Positions 51,616 through 61,836 of a DNA stretch of 64,000 nucleotides are shown here, piece by piece (the first letter of the stretch is position 1; each line of letters opens with the position of its first letter). The notes beneath the pieces are model-generated. The model was not told where the DNA came from. It was given only the letters and a program-made list of their open reading frames with translations, and ran no database searches. Source of the stretch: an uncultured delta proteobacterium (GTDB taxonomy: Bacteria > Desulfobacterota > Binatia > UBA9968); NCBI GenBank assembly GCA_963727625.1, contig CAVSHR010000005.1, positions 224,001 through 288,000 on the forward strand. The letters are read 5' to 3'. Both the position numbers and the translations under genes were made by a program.

Positions 51616-52815
51616 TTAGAGAGTGAGCTTACCAGCATACCCGGTCATCTCAACATACCCCGCGCCATTGATCGGTCTATCCTTTGCTGAACCCAACACT
51701 CTTACCGCCCCTTCCCAATAAGTCACTCGGGTGCTGCGATTGGTGATCAATTCCTGATCGGGTAAGGCAGGCAGGATCTCCAATTCGATCCCCTCACCGG
51801 GAACCGTCACTTTCCATTTCATCGGATATTCGGCGCCGCTCTTGGGGCTCTTCCACCGATCCAGCACTTCGATCCGATAATCCTTGAGATTCAAATGGGT
51901 CGTTTTCCCCCTCGCGTCGACCAGCGTGCCGCTGGAATATGGATCGACTGAACCGTCTTTGCGGCGCATGAGGTAGAGCATCAGCTCCGTGTTGTTGTCG
52001 AGCTGGATGCTGAACCAATCCCAGCCTACTTGGTCCGCGCGCAACTGATTGCTGCCGAACTCGTGATCCATCCAGCTTAGCCCCCGTACGTTCTTCGTCA
52101 TGCCATCGATCGTCAACTCGCCGTTGGTTTGCATGCGGGTCAGCGAATAGTAATACGATGCTCGTCCCTCGCCCTCGCCTTTTTGGCTAAGACCGTTGTC
52201 GCCATGTAAAACCGGCGGCTTGAGCGATTTTAGATTGAGCCGCAGCCGGGTTCCGCGATCGGCGACTTGAATCGAGTGGTTTATTGAATCGCCTTGGACG
52301 CTCCAGTCTTCATTCCAGACTAGATAGCGGTCCGTCGCCGCACCGGCCTTGTTATTGTAGCCGCGATTGATTCGTTCGCGGTAATGAAACTTCTTCGCGC
52401 CGAGGTCGGACAGCGCGAAGTGCGCCATGTACAATTCGCTGAACAAGGGTTTTTCTTTGAGCCCGTTCTGGCGATCGCGCAAACCGAAGCGAAAAAAAGT
52501 GACCTGATAGCCATAGCGTTTGCCGCTGTCCGTTTTTAGGTGGCCCGTGTAGTACCACCACTCGGTCTTGAAATCCGGGTGCGAGAAATGCTCCGCGGGA
52601 AATGTAAGTTTACGACCAGGGAGAGCGAGCTGATAGGTAAAACCGGAGAAAATGAGAAAGCAACAAATCAAAGCGACACTGACGAGCCAGCGCCGTTCAC
52701 CCTCACCCCCGGATCGACTCCGGGGCAGGCTCTTCCGTCTCCCGTCGAGGGAGAGGGTGCAGAAGAATACCCAGCGTGACCTAAGAGCCGAATTAAAAAT
52801 ATTGTCCGATCGCAA
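51616..52815 (-). CDS. AttH/CrtC-like lipocalin-domain secreted protein
   Basis: HPDFKTEWWYYTG, SYYYS, WMDHEF, GWDWFS, YWEG and YVEMTGY. Confidence 0.85.
   Translation of the reverse strand: MRSDNIFNSALRSRWVFFCTLSLDGRRKSLPRSRSGGEGERRWLVSVALICCFLIFSGFTYQLALPGRKLTFPAEHFSHPDFKTEWWYYTGHLKTDSGKRYGYQVTFFRFGLRDRQNGLKEKPLFSELYMAHFALSDLGAKKFHYRERINRGYNNKAGAATDRYLVWNEDWSVQGDSINHSIQVADRGTRLRLNLKSLKPPVLHGDNGLSQKGEGEGRASYYYSLTRMQTNGELTIDGMTKNVRGLSWMDHEFGSNQLRADQVGWDWFSIQLDNNTELMLYLMRRKDGSVDPYSSGTLVDARGKTTHLNLKDYRIEVLDRWKSPKSGAEYPMKWKVTVPGEGIELEILPALPDQELITNRSTRVTYWEGAVRVLGSAKDRPINGAGYVEMTGYAGKLTL
52698..52759. repeat. compound REP-like palindrome
   Basis: CACCCTC...CTCCC..GGGAGAGGGTG outer arms with a nested CCCCGGATCGACTCCGGGG hairpin. 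Confidence 0.6.
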
Positions 52816-52853
52816 GATTGCAGTGCCTTTTCGACTAATGTTATAGGGGACGT

Positions 52854-53687
52854 ATGAACCAAGAATATACGCGTGAAAGCCTCCTCACAACAGTCGAGGA
52901 ATTACAAAACAAACTCGGAGCAGCTAATCTTTGCATCATCGACACTCGTCCGGCCGAAGACTACGCCAAGGGGCATATTCCCGGCGCGACCCATTTCGAC
53001 CTTTTCGGTTTGAGCCTGATCGATACGAGTGAAGCGCCGCTGAAAGCATTCATGTTCATGATCCGCCATGTGCTCGAGCTGCGCGGCGTGAATGAAAACA
53101 AAGAAGTCGTCTTTTACGAAGCCAACTCGGGCATGCGCGCGGCGCGAGGCCTGTGGTTTCTCGAATACTACGGTCATCCGAACGCAAAGATGCTCGACGG
53201 CGGCTTCCTGGTCTGGAAGGCCGCAGGCGCGCCAATCACGACCGATTCCGCGCTGCCCAAGGCAGCGCCGCTTAAAATCACCGAGCGCCGCGATGTCCTG
53301 GCGACCGCCGATGACGTACTAAACTCGCTAAACAAACAAGACATCGCAATTCTCGACACCCGCAGCAAAGGTGAATACTTGGGCAACCATGTGCGCGCGG
53401 CGCGCGGCGGCGCGATCCCCGGCGCCATTCATATCGAGTGGACGGACAACCTCGCTCCAGATGGAAAATTCAAATCCAACGACGAGCTCAAAGCCTTGTA
53501 CGAAAGAGCCGGCATCACCCCGGACAAGGAAGTCATCTCCTATTGCCAGGGCGGTTACCGTGCCGCGCACAGCTATGTAGCCTTGCGATTGCTCGGGTTT
53601 GCCAAAGTGCGCAATTACATCGGCTCCTGGAAAGAATGGGGCGACCGCGCCGACCTGCCGCTGGAAATCCCGCAGCAAAATAGCTGA
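52854..53687 (+). CDS. tandem-rhodanese sulfurtransferase (SseA-like)
   Basis: GHIPGA, LDGG, catalytic YCQGGYRA and YIGSWKEW. Confidence 0.93.
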   Translation: MNQEYTRESLLTTVEELQNKLGAANLCIIDTRPAEDYAKGHIPGATHFDLFGLSLIDTSEAPLKAFMFMIRHVLELRGVNENKEVVFYEANSGMRAARGLWFLEYYGHPNAKMLDGGFLVWKAAGAPITTDSALPKAAPLKITERRDVLATADDVLNSLNKQDIAILDTRSKGEYLGNHVRAARGGAIPGAIHIEWTDNLAPDGKFKSNDELKALYERAGITPDKEVISYCQGGYRAAHSYVALRLLGFAKVRNYIGSWKEWGDRADLPLEIPQQNS

Positions 53688-53743
53688 CGGGAATTTGGAC
53701 CGTTAACTGCATCCAGCGCAGCGCGGCAAAGCCGCAACCGAAA

Positions 53744-53872
53744 TTCGGAATATCTCGCGCAACGACGCAAAGGCCGCAAAGGTCGGAGAAAAATGATGAA
53801 GACCGTTCGTAAGAGTAACTATCTTTCTCTTCCGAACTTGGCGTGCTTAGCGCCTTGGCGGGATCAAATCCC
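53744..53872 (-). repeat. dispersed ~125-bp repeat, copy 2 (inverted relative to 21151-21277)
   Basis: TCGGAATATCTCGCGC..GACGC..AGGCCGCAAAGGTCGGAG ... TTCCGAACTTGGCGTGCTTAGCGCCTTGGCG. Confidence 0.8.
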
Positions 53873-53879
53873 GAACACG

Positions 53880-54569
53880 GGTAGCCGCAAAACAATAAAT
53901 TGCTTTCTCATAATAGCGTTATGCGCATTCACGCTCCCCCAGCCGAACTCAGCCATGGGCGCCGAGCTCAGAAAAACCACCTTTTCCTATTCCGCCGTCA
54001 GTTCTTTCGGCAACACACAGGCGATCCTAACAGAAAAACATCTTCAATATTTGGGATTGAAAAAGGGCGAGTATCAGTTGTTGGCCATGGGCGCGACGCC
54101 GGCACGGATTGCCGCTCTCGATAAAAATCTCGTCCAGGGTAGCCTGATGCCGCTGCCGACCAACGTTCAGCTCGAAAGCAGGGGCTACCGTTTGCTCGGC
54201 AATTCCGCGGAAATTATTATCAACCCGATCGCCGGTATCGGCGTCCAAGCAGAAAAAATCAGGAAGGACCCGGATCTGATCAAACATGTGCTCCGCGCCA
54301 CTCTGCGCAGCTTGCAGCTCTTGCAGTCGAATCCCCGCGATACGGTGAAGATCCTGATGAAATGGACCGGCGCGACGGAAAAAGACGCGCTCCGCTCGTT
54401 GGAGCTGGCCAAGCCCGGCTTTAGCAAGAACGGGATGCTGACCGATGAAGATCTCGGTGTCGAGTGGGGCTTTCTACAGCAACAGACGAAGAAGACCAAC
54501 GTACAGGTATCGATAGCACACGATATGTCGCTGCTGCGCGAGACCCAACGGGAGCTCGGATTGCAGTAG
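53880..54569 (+). pseudogene. NMT1/SsuA-like ABC substrate-binding protein with an apparent internal deletion
   Basis: The signal peptide and KTTFSYSA run straight into VSSFGNTQ, a second-lobe motif. The mature protein is only about 200 aa. The only upstream ATG lies inside the repeat. Confidence 0.6.
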
Positions 54570-54585
54570 ACAGGCGGGGTGGAGA

Positions 54586-55332
54586 ATGGAAATCACCGGT
54601 CAAACAGCGATCGTCACCGGCGGCGGCAGCGGCCTCGGCCAGGCCATGGCCATCGGACTGGCCCATGCCGGGGCTAAAGTACTCATTGCCGATGTCCGCG
54701 AAGAAAGCGCGAGAAAAACCCGGCAAGAAATCCAAAACCAGGGCGGCCGCGCCGATGTTTTTATCGGCGATCTGAGCCAGGAGTTCGTCGCCCAACGGTT
54801 GATCGATGACTGCGCGAAACAATTTTCCAGCGTTGACATTTTGATCAACAATGCCGGCCTGCGCATGGAAGTGCACGACGACGGTGTTTACGAAGACTGG
54901 CGCTGTCTCAAACAACGCCCCACCCATGAAGTGCCGGCGGGCGACTGGGACTTGCTCATGGGCGTCAACCTGCGGGCGGTTTACCTGTGCACGCACTTCG
55001 CGTTGCCGCATATGATCAAGCAAAAGCACGGCGTCGTCATCGGCATTTCGTCCAACGCCGGCCATGAAGGCGTCGCCGGCAAATGCGCCTATGTGGCTTC
55101 GAAACACGCCGTGGAAGGTTTGATGAAGACGGTGGCCAAAGAAATGCAACCCCACGGCGTCAGCGCCAACGCCATCCACCCGGGCGGACGGGTCAACGTC
55201 GACGGCAGAGGCGGCCAGCCCGCCGAGGTCGTCGTGCCGCTGGTGTTGTTTTTGGCACAGCAAGACCGACCGACGATCACCGGCAAAGTGATCAAAGCCC
55301 AGGATTGGAACGCCGGCAAACGAGACTTTTAA
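54586..55332 (+). CDS. short-chain dehydrogenase/reductase
   Basis: TGGGSGLG, NNAG and YVASK. Confidence 0.92.
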   Translation: MEITGQTAIVTGGGSGLGQAMAIGLAHAGAKVLIADVREESARKTRQEIQNQGGRADVFIGDLSQEFVAQRLIDDCAKQFSSVDILINNAGLRMEVHDDGVYEDWRCLKQRPTHEVPAGDWDLLMGVNLRAVYLCTHFALPHMIKQKHGVVIGISSNAGHEGVAGKCAYVASKHAVEGLMKTVAKEMQPHGVSANAIHPGGRVNVDGRGGQPAEVVVPLVLFLAQQDRPTITGKVIKAQDWNAGKRDF

Positions 55333-55450
55333 AAAAGACCTCTCCGAACTCTTGACCGGAACAAAGTGATTGAACAATTAGAACGGTTTGAACCCGGAAT
55401 AAGGCGAAAGCTATTGCAGCGACAAAACGAACTAGAAGAGGAGATAAACC

Positions 55451-56398
55451 ATGCGAACTCTAGATCTTTTGGCCAGCGATTCATCCCACCTGCCGTTCCT
55501 CTACGTCTTCAAGGAATCCAAGGTGATGGAGAAATACGGCTACGAAATCGACCTGCATATCGTCGGCGGCGCCAAGGCGCCGACCATGGCGCACCGCGCC
55601 AAGCTCGCGCTCGCCGGGGAGATCGATTTTCTGAGCGGCCTGCATCATGAAACCTATCGCGAGCGCGCCAAGGGCGAAAAGCGCCTCACCTACCTGGCGC
55701 AGGCGCAGAACAACTGGGACGACCGACTGGTCGCACTGCCGGAGATCAAAACCGTCGAGGACCTCAAGGGCAAAAAGATCGTCTGCCATTCCAAGGCTCC
55801 TTGCGTCTCCGGCAACCTGCGCGCGGTGCTGCAAGATTGCGGGCTCAAGCCCGAGGAAATCAATATGGATGTCATCGACGATACGTCGGGTAAATTTTTG
55901 GACTTCGTCGATGAGATTACTTCGGGCAAGGCGGTAGCCGCGCTGGTCGATATGCCTTTCGATCTCTACGGCATCAAGAAAGGGTTGCATGTCGTCGATC
56001 TGCCGGACCGCCCGGTGATTCACAATACGACGCTGCTGGCGACCAGCGATTACATCAAAGAGAACGAAGAAACGGTCAACGCCTTTATCAAGGGGTTCGT
56101 CGAAGCGCTGCATTTTTTCAAAACCAAGCCGGCGGAAGTCGTGCCCATTCTGAAAAAGAACCTGGCCAAGCGCTACGGCTTGGAAGACGACGAGTACTAC
56201 GTCCATCTGCAGCGCGAGTGGGCCAAGCTGCTCAACAAGAAACCGTATCCGCTGCCGAGCGCAATTCAGAACGTTTACGATCTCGACGTCGGCAAGGATC
56301 CCAAGATGCGCCACATCGGCCCCATGGAACCCTGGGATCTGCACTATCTCAGGAAAATCGACGACAGCGGTTTTATCGATCAGCTCTACGCGCAATAA
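55451..56398 (+). CDS. NMT1/THI5-like substrate-binding-fold protein with no evident signal peptide
   Basis: GEIDF, IKTVEDLKGKKI and DDSGFIDQLY. RBS GAGGAG. Confidence 0.8.
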   Translation: MRTLDLLASDSSHLPFLYVFKESKVMEKYGYEIDLHIVGGAKAPTMAHRAKLALAGEIDFLSGLHHETYRERAKGEKRLTYLAQAQNNWDDRLVALPEIKTVEDLKGKKIVCHSKAPCVSGNLRAVLQDCGLKPEEINMDVIDDTSGKFLDFVDEITSGKAVAALVDMPFDLYGIKKGLHVVDLPDRPVIHNTTLLATSDYIKENEETVNAFIKGFVEALHFFKTKPAEVVPILKKNLAKRYGLEDDEYYVHLQREWAKLLNKKPYPLPSAIQNVYDLDVGKDPKMRHIGPMEPWDLHYLRKIDDSGFIDQLYAQ

Positions 56399-56402
56399 GA
56401 AG

Positions 56403-57788
56403 ATGCCGCCGCTCGATCTTCGCCATTTTCTTGGTCAGCTGCGCAAACACGGCGAATTGCTGGCGGTGAGCGACGAAGTCGACCTGCGCTACGAGCTCTG
56501 CGAATTCCTCCATCAAGCCGACCGCGCCCATGGCCCGGCGCTCGCCTTCGAGCGGATCAAGGGGCACTCGATGAAAGTCGTCGGCAATCTGGTCGGCACA
56601 AAAAAACGCTTGGCGCTCGCCTTCGGTCTCACCAACGAAAACAAACTTCTCGAGGTTTACCGCAAGCGGCGCGGCAGCGTCGGCAGACCACGGCGGGTCA
56701 AAGACGGTCCGGTCAAAGAGGTGATCTTACGAAACGGCAAGCAGGTCGATCTCAATGCTTTGCCTATTCCGACTTACCACGAGGATGACGCCGGTCCTTA
56801 TATCACCTGCGGCATCCTTACCGCCAAGGATCCGCAAACCGGCGCAAGAAGCATGGGACTGCACCGGTTGCAGGTAAAGGGCAGCCGGCGCCTGGGCGTG
56901 CATTTGGCCAATCCGCCGATCTCGCATTTCGTCGCCAAGGCCGAAGAAAACAATCGCCCCCTCGACGTCGCGATCAGCCTGGGTGTTCATCCGATTCTTT
57001 TGCTTGCGTCCATCGTCAGCGCGCCCACCGAAGATAAAATCGCCATCGCCGGCAGCCTGCTCGGCAGCCCGTTGGCGCTCGCCCGATGCGACACTTCCGA
57101 TGTCGATATTCCGGCCCACGCCGAGGTGGTGATCGAAGGCCGGGTACTGCCGAAAGTGAGAGAGCCGGAAGGCCCCTTCGGCGAGACTTCAGGGTATTAT
57201 TTCAGCGATCAAAGCCACGTCATCGAAGTCACCGCCATCACGCATCGAAAGGATCCCATTCTCCAGGCTCTTCATCCGACATCGCGGGAAGTCGCCCTAC
57301 TTTGCGGCCCGGCCGGCGAAGCGGAGATCGTTCAGATGCTGCACGAGAAGGGATTCGCCGTGGAGGATGTGGCGCTCAGTGCGCCGAGTGGACGAACCCA
57401 TGTCGTTATAGCGTTGAAAAAACGCCACGATTCGGACCCGAAGCAACTTCTACATTTTTTGCTTGCCGGCGTGCCGTACATCAAGCACGCAGTCGTGGTC
57501 GATGCAGACGTCGACGTTCAAGATCCGAGAGACATGGAATGGGCGATCGCCACGCGCGTTCAAGGCGACGAGGATCTCGTGATTATGCCCGGGCTGCGCG
57601 GCCGCAGCATCGATCCGTCTCACAAGAAGGACATGATCGGCGCCAAGGTCGGTATCGACGCGACGGTGCCGCTCGCGGAAAAACCGCGCTTCAAGCGCAT
57701 CGGCGTCCCCGCCGATGTTAGCCGAAGCGTGGCCACGCGCTTGACGAAGCTCCTGAACACCGAAACGACGGTTAAAATCAAGGGATAA
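56403..57788 (+). CDS. UbiD-family (prFMN-dependent) decarboxylase
   Basis: LPIP...DAGPYIT, HRLQ, EGPFGE, VVVDADVD and KVGIDAT. Confidence 0.93.
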   Translation: MPPLDLRHFLGQLRKHGELLAVSDEVDLRYELCEFLHQADRAHGPALAFERIKGHSMKVVGNLVGTKKRLALAFGLTNENKLLEVYRKRRGSVGRPRRVKDGPVKEVILRNGKQVDLNALPIPTYHEDDAGPYITCGILTAKDPQTGARSMGLHRLQVKGSRRLGVHLANPPISHFVAKAEENNRPLDVAISLGVHPILLLASIVSAPTEDKIAIAGSLLGSPLALARCDTSDVDIPAHAEVVIEGRVLPKVREPEGPFGETSGYYFSDQSHVIEVTAITHRKDPILQALHPTSREVALLCGPAGEAEIVQMLHEKGFAVEDVALSAPSGRTHVVIALKKRHDSDPKQLLHFLLAGVPYIKHAVVVDADVDVQDPRDMEWAIATRVQGDEDLVIMPGLRGRSIDPSHKKDMIGAKVGIDATVPLAEKPRFKRIGVPADVSRSVATRLTKLLNTETTVKIKG

Positions 57789-57811
57789 AAAAGAGCTCGG
57801 TAAGGCTGAAA

Positions 57812-58372
57812 ATGCGGTCCTGGGCTTGGCACAAGTCGTTCTTAATAGGTGCCGTCAATTGCGCGATGGCTTTCGCGTCAGGCGCCGGCGGCGCCGAATT
57901 TAAAGCTGCGCAAACATTTGCTCTGAAAAGTCCGGGGTTCCAATCCGGTGCCGCCATCCCGCACAAATACACTTGTGACGCCAAAGATCTCTCGCCGCCG
58001 TTGCGCTGGGAGAACGTGCCGGCAGCAGCCAAAGCTTACGCGCTGGTCGCCGACGACCCCGACGCGCCGGGCGGAACTTGGGTGCACTGGGTGATCTATG
58101 ATTTGCCTGCGGCGGCAAACGAGCTCGCCGGAGGTACCGCCAAGACCGCAACTCTGGCCACTGGCGCCAAGCAAGGCATAAACAGTTTTCGGCGGATCGG
58201 CTACGGCGGTCCCTGCCCGCCGGCGGGGCCGGCGCATCGCTACTATTTTAAGCTTTATGCGCTGGACGCCCCGACCGGTCTCCAACCGGGCGCAAGCAAA
58301 GCGCAACTCCTCGAAGCGATCAAAGGCCACGTGCTCGGCCAAGCCGAGCTCATGGGCCATTACCAACGCTGA
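57812..58372 (+). CDS. YbhB/YbcL (PEBP) family protein
   Basis: DDPDAP, WVHWV and YGGPCPP...HRYYF. Confidence 0.93.
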   Translation: MRSWAWHKSFLIGAVNCAMAFASGAGGAEFKAAQTFALKSPGFQSGAAIPHKYTCDAKDLSPPLRWENVPAAAKAYALVADDPDAPGGTWVHWVIYDLPAAANELAGGTAKTATLATGAKQGINSFRRIGYGGPCPPAGPAHRYYFKLYALDAPTGLQPGASKAQLLEAIKGHVLGQAELMGHYQR

Positions 58373-58436
58373 CAGTGCACTTTGCCGGTATTGGAAAAAT
58401 GCCGGCCGGATTTTGCGACGCTGCGAGCCGAGATCG

Positions 58437-59495
58437 TTAATGAACCTCGATAATCAGTGGACCTTTGCGCTGCGGGTAAGGCTCAAGAATCGGTCCCGAA
58501 GGCTCGGGCGCAAGCACCGGCTTGGCGATTTCCCAGAGGTACAACATATGAACATCTCCCACAGCGTCGCGATAGGATTCGGTAATTTTCGGTTGCCAGT
58601 CACCCATGTCGAATGTGTACGAGATCACTCGCGCGCCCCGCTTGAGCTGCCGGTTTAATTGCTCGCGCACCGCAAGATTGCCGTCGTAGGAAAGATAAAG
58701 CGTCACCACCGACGCCGATGACAAATCCGCCGCGAGGAAATCTTCCTGGCGGATTCTTACCAGCTTCTCCACACCCGCTCTGCGAACATTCTCGCGGGCT
58801 AACTTCACCAACCCCGTGTCGATTTCATAGCCGACACCGCGCGCGCCGTATTTTTTTGCTGCGGCAATGAGAATCCGTCCGTCTCCCGAACCCAAGTCAT
58901 AAATTACGTCGCCCTTTTTCACGCTGGCAAGCACGAGCATGCGCTCGACGACTTCATGGGGCGTCGGGTCGAAAGGCGCCACCTGGTCAGGACCGCGCCC
59001 CGGCACCACGCTCGATGGACCGTCAGCGTAGCGGCGCTCCTCTTGCACCACGCCCGGCGCCACCTCGGTAATTACCGTTGTACCGTACGTCCACGGCCCA
59101 TCGAAAATGACGACCCCCGGGTGAGGATGCGGTGGCCGCGGCCGGCGCGGGCGATCCGGTCGGCCTACCCATTTGGGCGACTTGGGCCATCGGCTCGCGG
59201 GTGGAATCACAATCATGGAAGGGCCCGATGGCACCGAGGGCCTCGCTCCGGGCGTTTTACGAGTCTGAGTTTGCTGCACCGTCACGCCCGGGCTAGGACC
59301 GGAATTGGCCGGCGGAGATGACGGGCTTTGAGGAGACGGTAGCCTTTGAAAGGACGGGTTAGCGGGCGCGGGCGGTGCCGTCCAACCACCCCTGCCAGAC
59401 CCCCACCCATGGGCGCTGCGTAAACCCTGGCCATAGGCAGGGGAAAGCGCGACGATCAAAAAAAACCAGGTTAAAGGCAATGCCGGGGATTTCAT
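58437..59495 (-). CDS. class I SAM-dependent methyltransferase with signal peptide and Pro-rich linker
   Basis: APFDPTP, DLGSGDGRI and VVTLYL, after a hydrophobic N-terminus and about 130 aa of Pro/Ser-rich sequence. Confidence 0.85.
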   Translation of the reverse strand: MKSPALPLTWFFLIVALSPAYGQGLRSAHGWGSGRGGWTAPPAPANPSFQRLPSPQSPSSPPANSGPSPGVTVQQTQTRKTPGARPSVPSGPSMIVIPPASRWPKSPKWVGRPDRPRRPRPPHPHPGVVIFDGPWTYGTTVITEVAPGVVQEERRYADGPSSVVPGRGPDQVAPFDPTPHEVVERMLVLASVKKGDVIYDLGSGDGRILIAAAKKYGARGVGYEIDTGLVKLARENVRRAGVEKLVRIRQEDFLAADLSSASVVTLYLSYDGNLAVREQLNRQLKRGARVISYTFDMGDWQPKITESYRDAVGDVHMLYLWEIAKPVLAPEPSGPILEPYPQRKGPLIIEVH

Positions 59496-59804
59496 AGTGG
59501 CGCCCTCGAATGGAGTAATCATAGGAAGCGCCAATGGGTTAAGTCAACTCGTTGAGCTCACGGCTAAACCGCGCATCACCGGCGCGCGCCAAGCCACCAG
59601 AACGGCGAGAACGATGACCAACAATCCCATGTCGCTGACCTTCGCCGGGGCGCCGATCGGCACCAAGCCGCGATCAAGCGCATAGGTGCTCATCACCCGG
59701 CCGCGCCCGGTATCGGATGCTATCGTTTAAGGGGTTGAATGTTTGAAATTTATCCGTTCATGCCGAGCGTGTCGAGCCATTCCGACGCGTTTTTCAGCGA
59801 CCTG

Positions 59805-60587
59805 CTAGTTCGCTCTGCTGAGGAACATAGCATCGTCAGCGTGAATGAAGCCGGGCGGTTTACCGTGTTTTGAGCGGATTTCGAGCCACCCACCGGCCGA
59901 GCCGACAACCGTGATCTGTGTCCCCCGGCCGATTTGCGCTATGACTCGGGACGAATTGGCCGGCTCTTTGTAGACCGGGGTGGTTCGTATGGTTTCATAG
60001 AGGCGCGGCTCCACGGTCCGGTTGGCGCGCGCGGTCACCGTGGGCGCGGGGGGCGGATCTATGGTGCGCGCCGTCGGTAGCGGACCCGAAGCGATTCGGC
60101 TCGCCGACAGGCGTGCGATTTCGCGATTGGCGCTAGTAAGCTTGCTCTGCGCCTGCGCCAGGTCCTTCTGGGTTTCCTCTAGATTTGCCTTTAACTGTCC
60201 AATCTGCTGGCGGGTACCCTGGTTATCCTGACGCAGCTGCGCGAGTTGCGATTCAAGATCTTTGACCTTTTCGTCCTTTTCTTGGATCGCCCGTTGCTGT
60301 TCGGCCAACTGCGGCCCCATATCGTGGCGTTCGACGTTGCCGCCGACGAGATAAATCCCGAGAGCGAAAACGGCCAACCCCAAAACCAAGATTGCCTTCG
60401 ATTTTACCGTGAGCTTTTCTTTTTCGGGTAGAGCGGCCGGATGGTCCAGATCTTCGACATGTCGCGGCCACTCAGGCTCGATCGATAAAACCAGATCCGC
60501 CTTACAGTAGGGACAGGTCAGGGCTTCCGCGGCAATGCTGTTGGCGCAATGCGGACAAAGCCGGGTGTGAATTTTTGCGTCCGCCAT
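59805..60587 (-). CDS. zinc-ribbon / TM / coiled-coil / SH3b protein
   Basis: CPHC...CPYC, one TM, a heptad-rich region and a C-terminal GWLEI...GFI SH3-like domain. Confidence 0.75.
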   Translation of the reverse strand: MADAKIHTRLCPHCANSIAAEALTCPYCKADLVLSIEPEWPRHVEDLDHPAALPEKEKLTVKSKAILVLGLAVFALGIYLVGGNVERHDMGPQLAEQQRAIQEKDEKVKDLESQLAQLRQDNQGTRQQIGQLKANLEETQKDLAQAQSKLTSANREIARLSASRIASGPLPTARTIDPPPAPTVTARANRTVEPRLYETIRTTPVYKEPANSSRVIAQIGRGTQITVVGSAGGWLEIRSKHGKPPGFIHADDAMFLSRAN

Positions 60588-60887
60588 TTTTGATATTCCG
60601 TCTTTCCTATTTTAGCACGCCCCTTTGGAAAAATTCCCTCTCTCGCACTATTACTGGATATTATCGATTGCATGGAACCCTCGGTCAAGCCACTTGAGGT
60701 TAAGTTTTGCGCTCCCCGTCACCCGTCAGGGACCCACGGCTGTCTTCGGGTTTGGCCCCAAGACAGGCAACGCTTTAGCCATTCCGGCTGAACCTTTATT
60801 TTCGCTTAGACGTTCGAAGAAACCATTATGAACCGCTTGTCCGGCTTTTTTCCTTGAGCTATAGAACCCTTGGAGGATTTTCGATCC

Positions 60888-61829
60888 ATGGCATTGATCA
60901 TCAGCGAAACGCAAACCCGAAAGCTCATTGGCATGGCGCAGGCCATCGCCCAGCTCGACAAGATGTTCCGCGACCGCGCCGCCGGTAAGATGCGCAGCGT
61001 GCCGCGTCGCCGTCTCAAGGGCAGCGAAAAGCAGCTCAACATGATGGCGGCGTGGCACCAAGAGATGGACTTGATTTGTCTGCGCGCCTACGCTGGGGGC
61101 GCCAACACCATCACGCTTTACCACGGCCGCAAGGGCGGTATCCAAGCGATCATCGACATGAGCTACTTGAGCAGTCTGCGCACCGGCGCCGCCACCGGCG
61201 TCGCGGCCAAATATCTCGCGCCGAAAAATAGCAAGGTGCTCGGCATCATCGGCCCGGGTTGGCAAGCGACATTTCAAGTGGAAGCCGTGGCCGAGACGTG
61301 CCCGATCGAGCAGGTGGTGGTCTGGGGACGCACGCCCAAACGGCGCAAAGATTTTATCAAGCAGATGAGCAAAGTCGTCAAAGCCGATTGGCAGGAGGTC
61401 GGCACCGTCGACGAAGTTGAAGCGGCGTCCGATATCCTGGTCGTCTCCACCAGCTCGACCACGCCGGTAGCCACCGGCAGCAGCTTGAAGGACGAAGTTT
61501 TGGTCGCATCCATAGGCGCCAATTCCACCGTCAAGCATGAAGTGTCGAATTATTTAATCCGGCAAATGGACTTGATCGTCACCGAAGATCTGGCCGCGGC
61601 GAAAGCCGATAGCGGCGATCTGGCCGAAGCCTGCCAGAATGGCATCGCCCGTTGGGAAGATATCCTGCCGCTGGAAAAAATCGTCGCCGAAGGCATGTTG
61701 CAACCGCGGCCGAAACGAATCTTCTTTCAATCCAACGGCATCGCCGACGAAGACTTAGCCGTCGGCAAATATGTCTTGGATCAAGCCAAAAGGAAAAAAT
61801 TGAAGCTCCGCAACGTGGCGGAGATCTGA
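60888..61829 (+). CDS. ornithine cyclodeaminase / mu-crystallin family protein
   Basis: LRTGAATGVAAKYLA, GIIGPGWQA, SIGAN and FQSNGIADED. Confidence 0.88.
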   Translation: MALIISETQTRKLIGMAQAIAQLDKMFRDRAAGKMRSVPRRRLKGSEKQLNMMAAWHQEMDLICLRAYAGGANTITLYHGRKGGIQAIIDMSYLSSLRTGAATGVAAKYLAPKNSKVLGIIGPGWQATFQVEAVAETCPIEQVVVWGRTPKRRKDFIKQMSKVVKADWQEVGTVDEVEAASDILVVSTSSTTPVATGSSLKDEVLVASIGANSTVKHEVSNYLIRQMDLIVTEDLAAAKADSGDLAEACQNGIARWEDILPLEKIVAEGMLQPRPKRIFFQSNGIADEDLAVGKYVLDQAKRKKLKLRNVAEI

Positions 61830-61836
61830 CGCGGCA

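Noticed and set aside
59544-59693. 49-aa hydrophobic minus-strand ORF, possibly an MFS C-terminal remnant
   Set aside because: Too short, with no diagnostic motif.
59754-59808. REP-like segment with an IS-end-like terminus (TTTTTCAGCGACCTGCTAG)
   Set aside because: No matching second end or target duplication found in the window.
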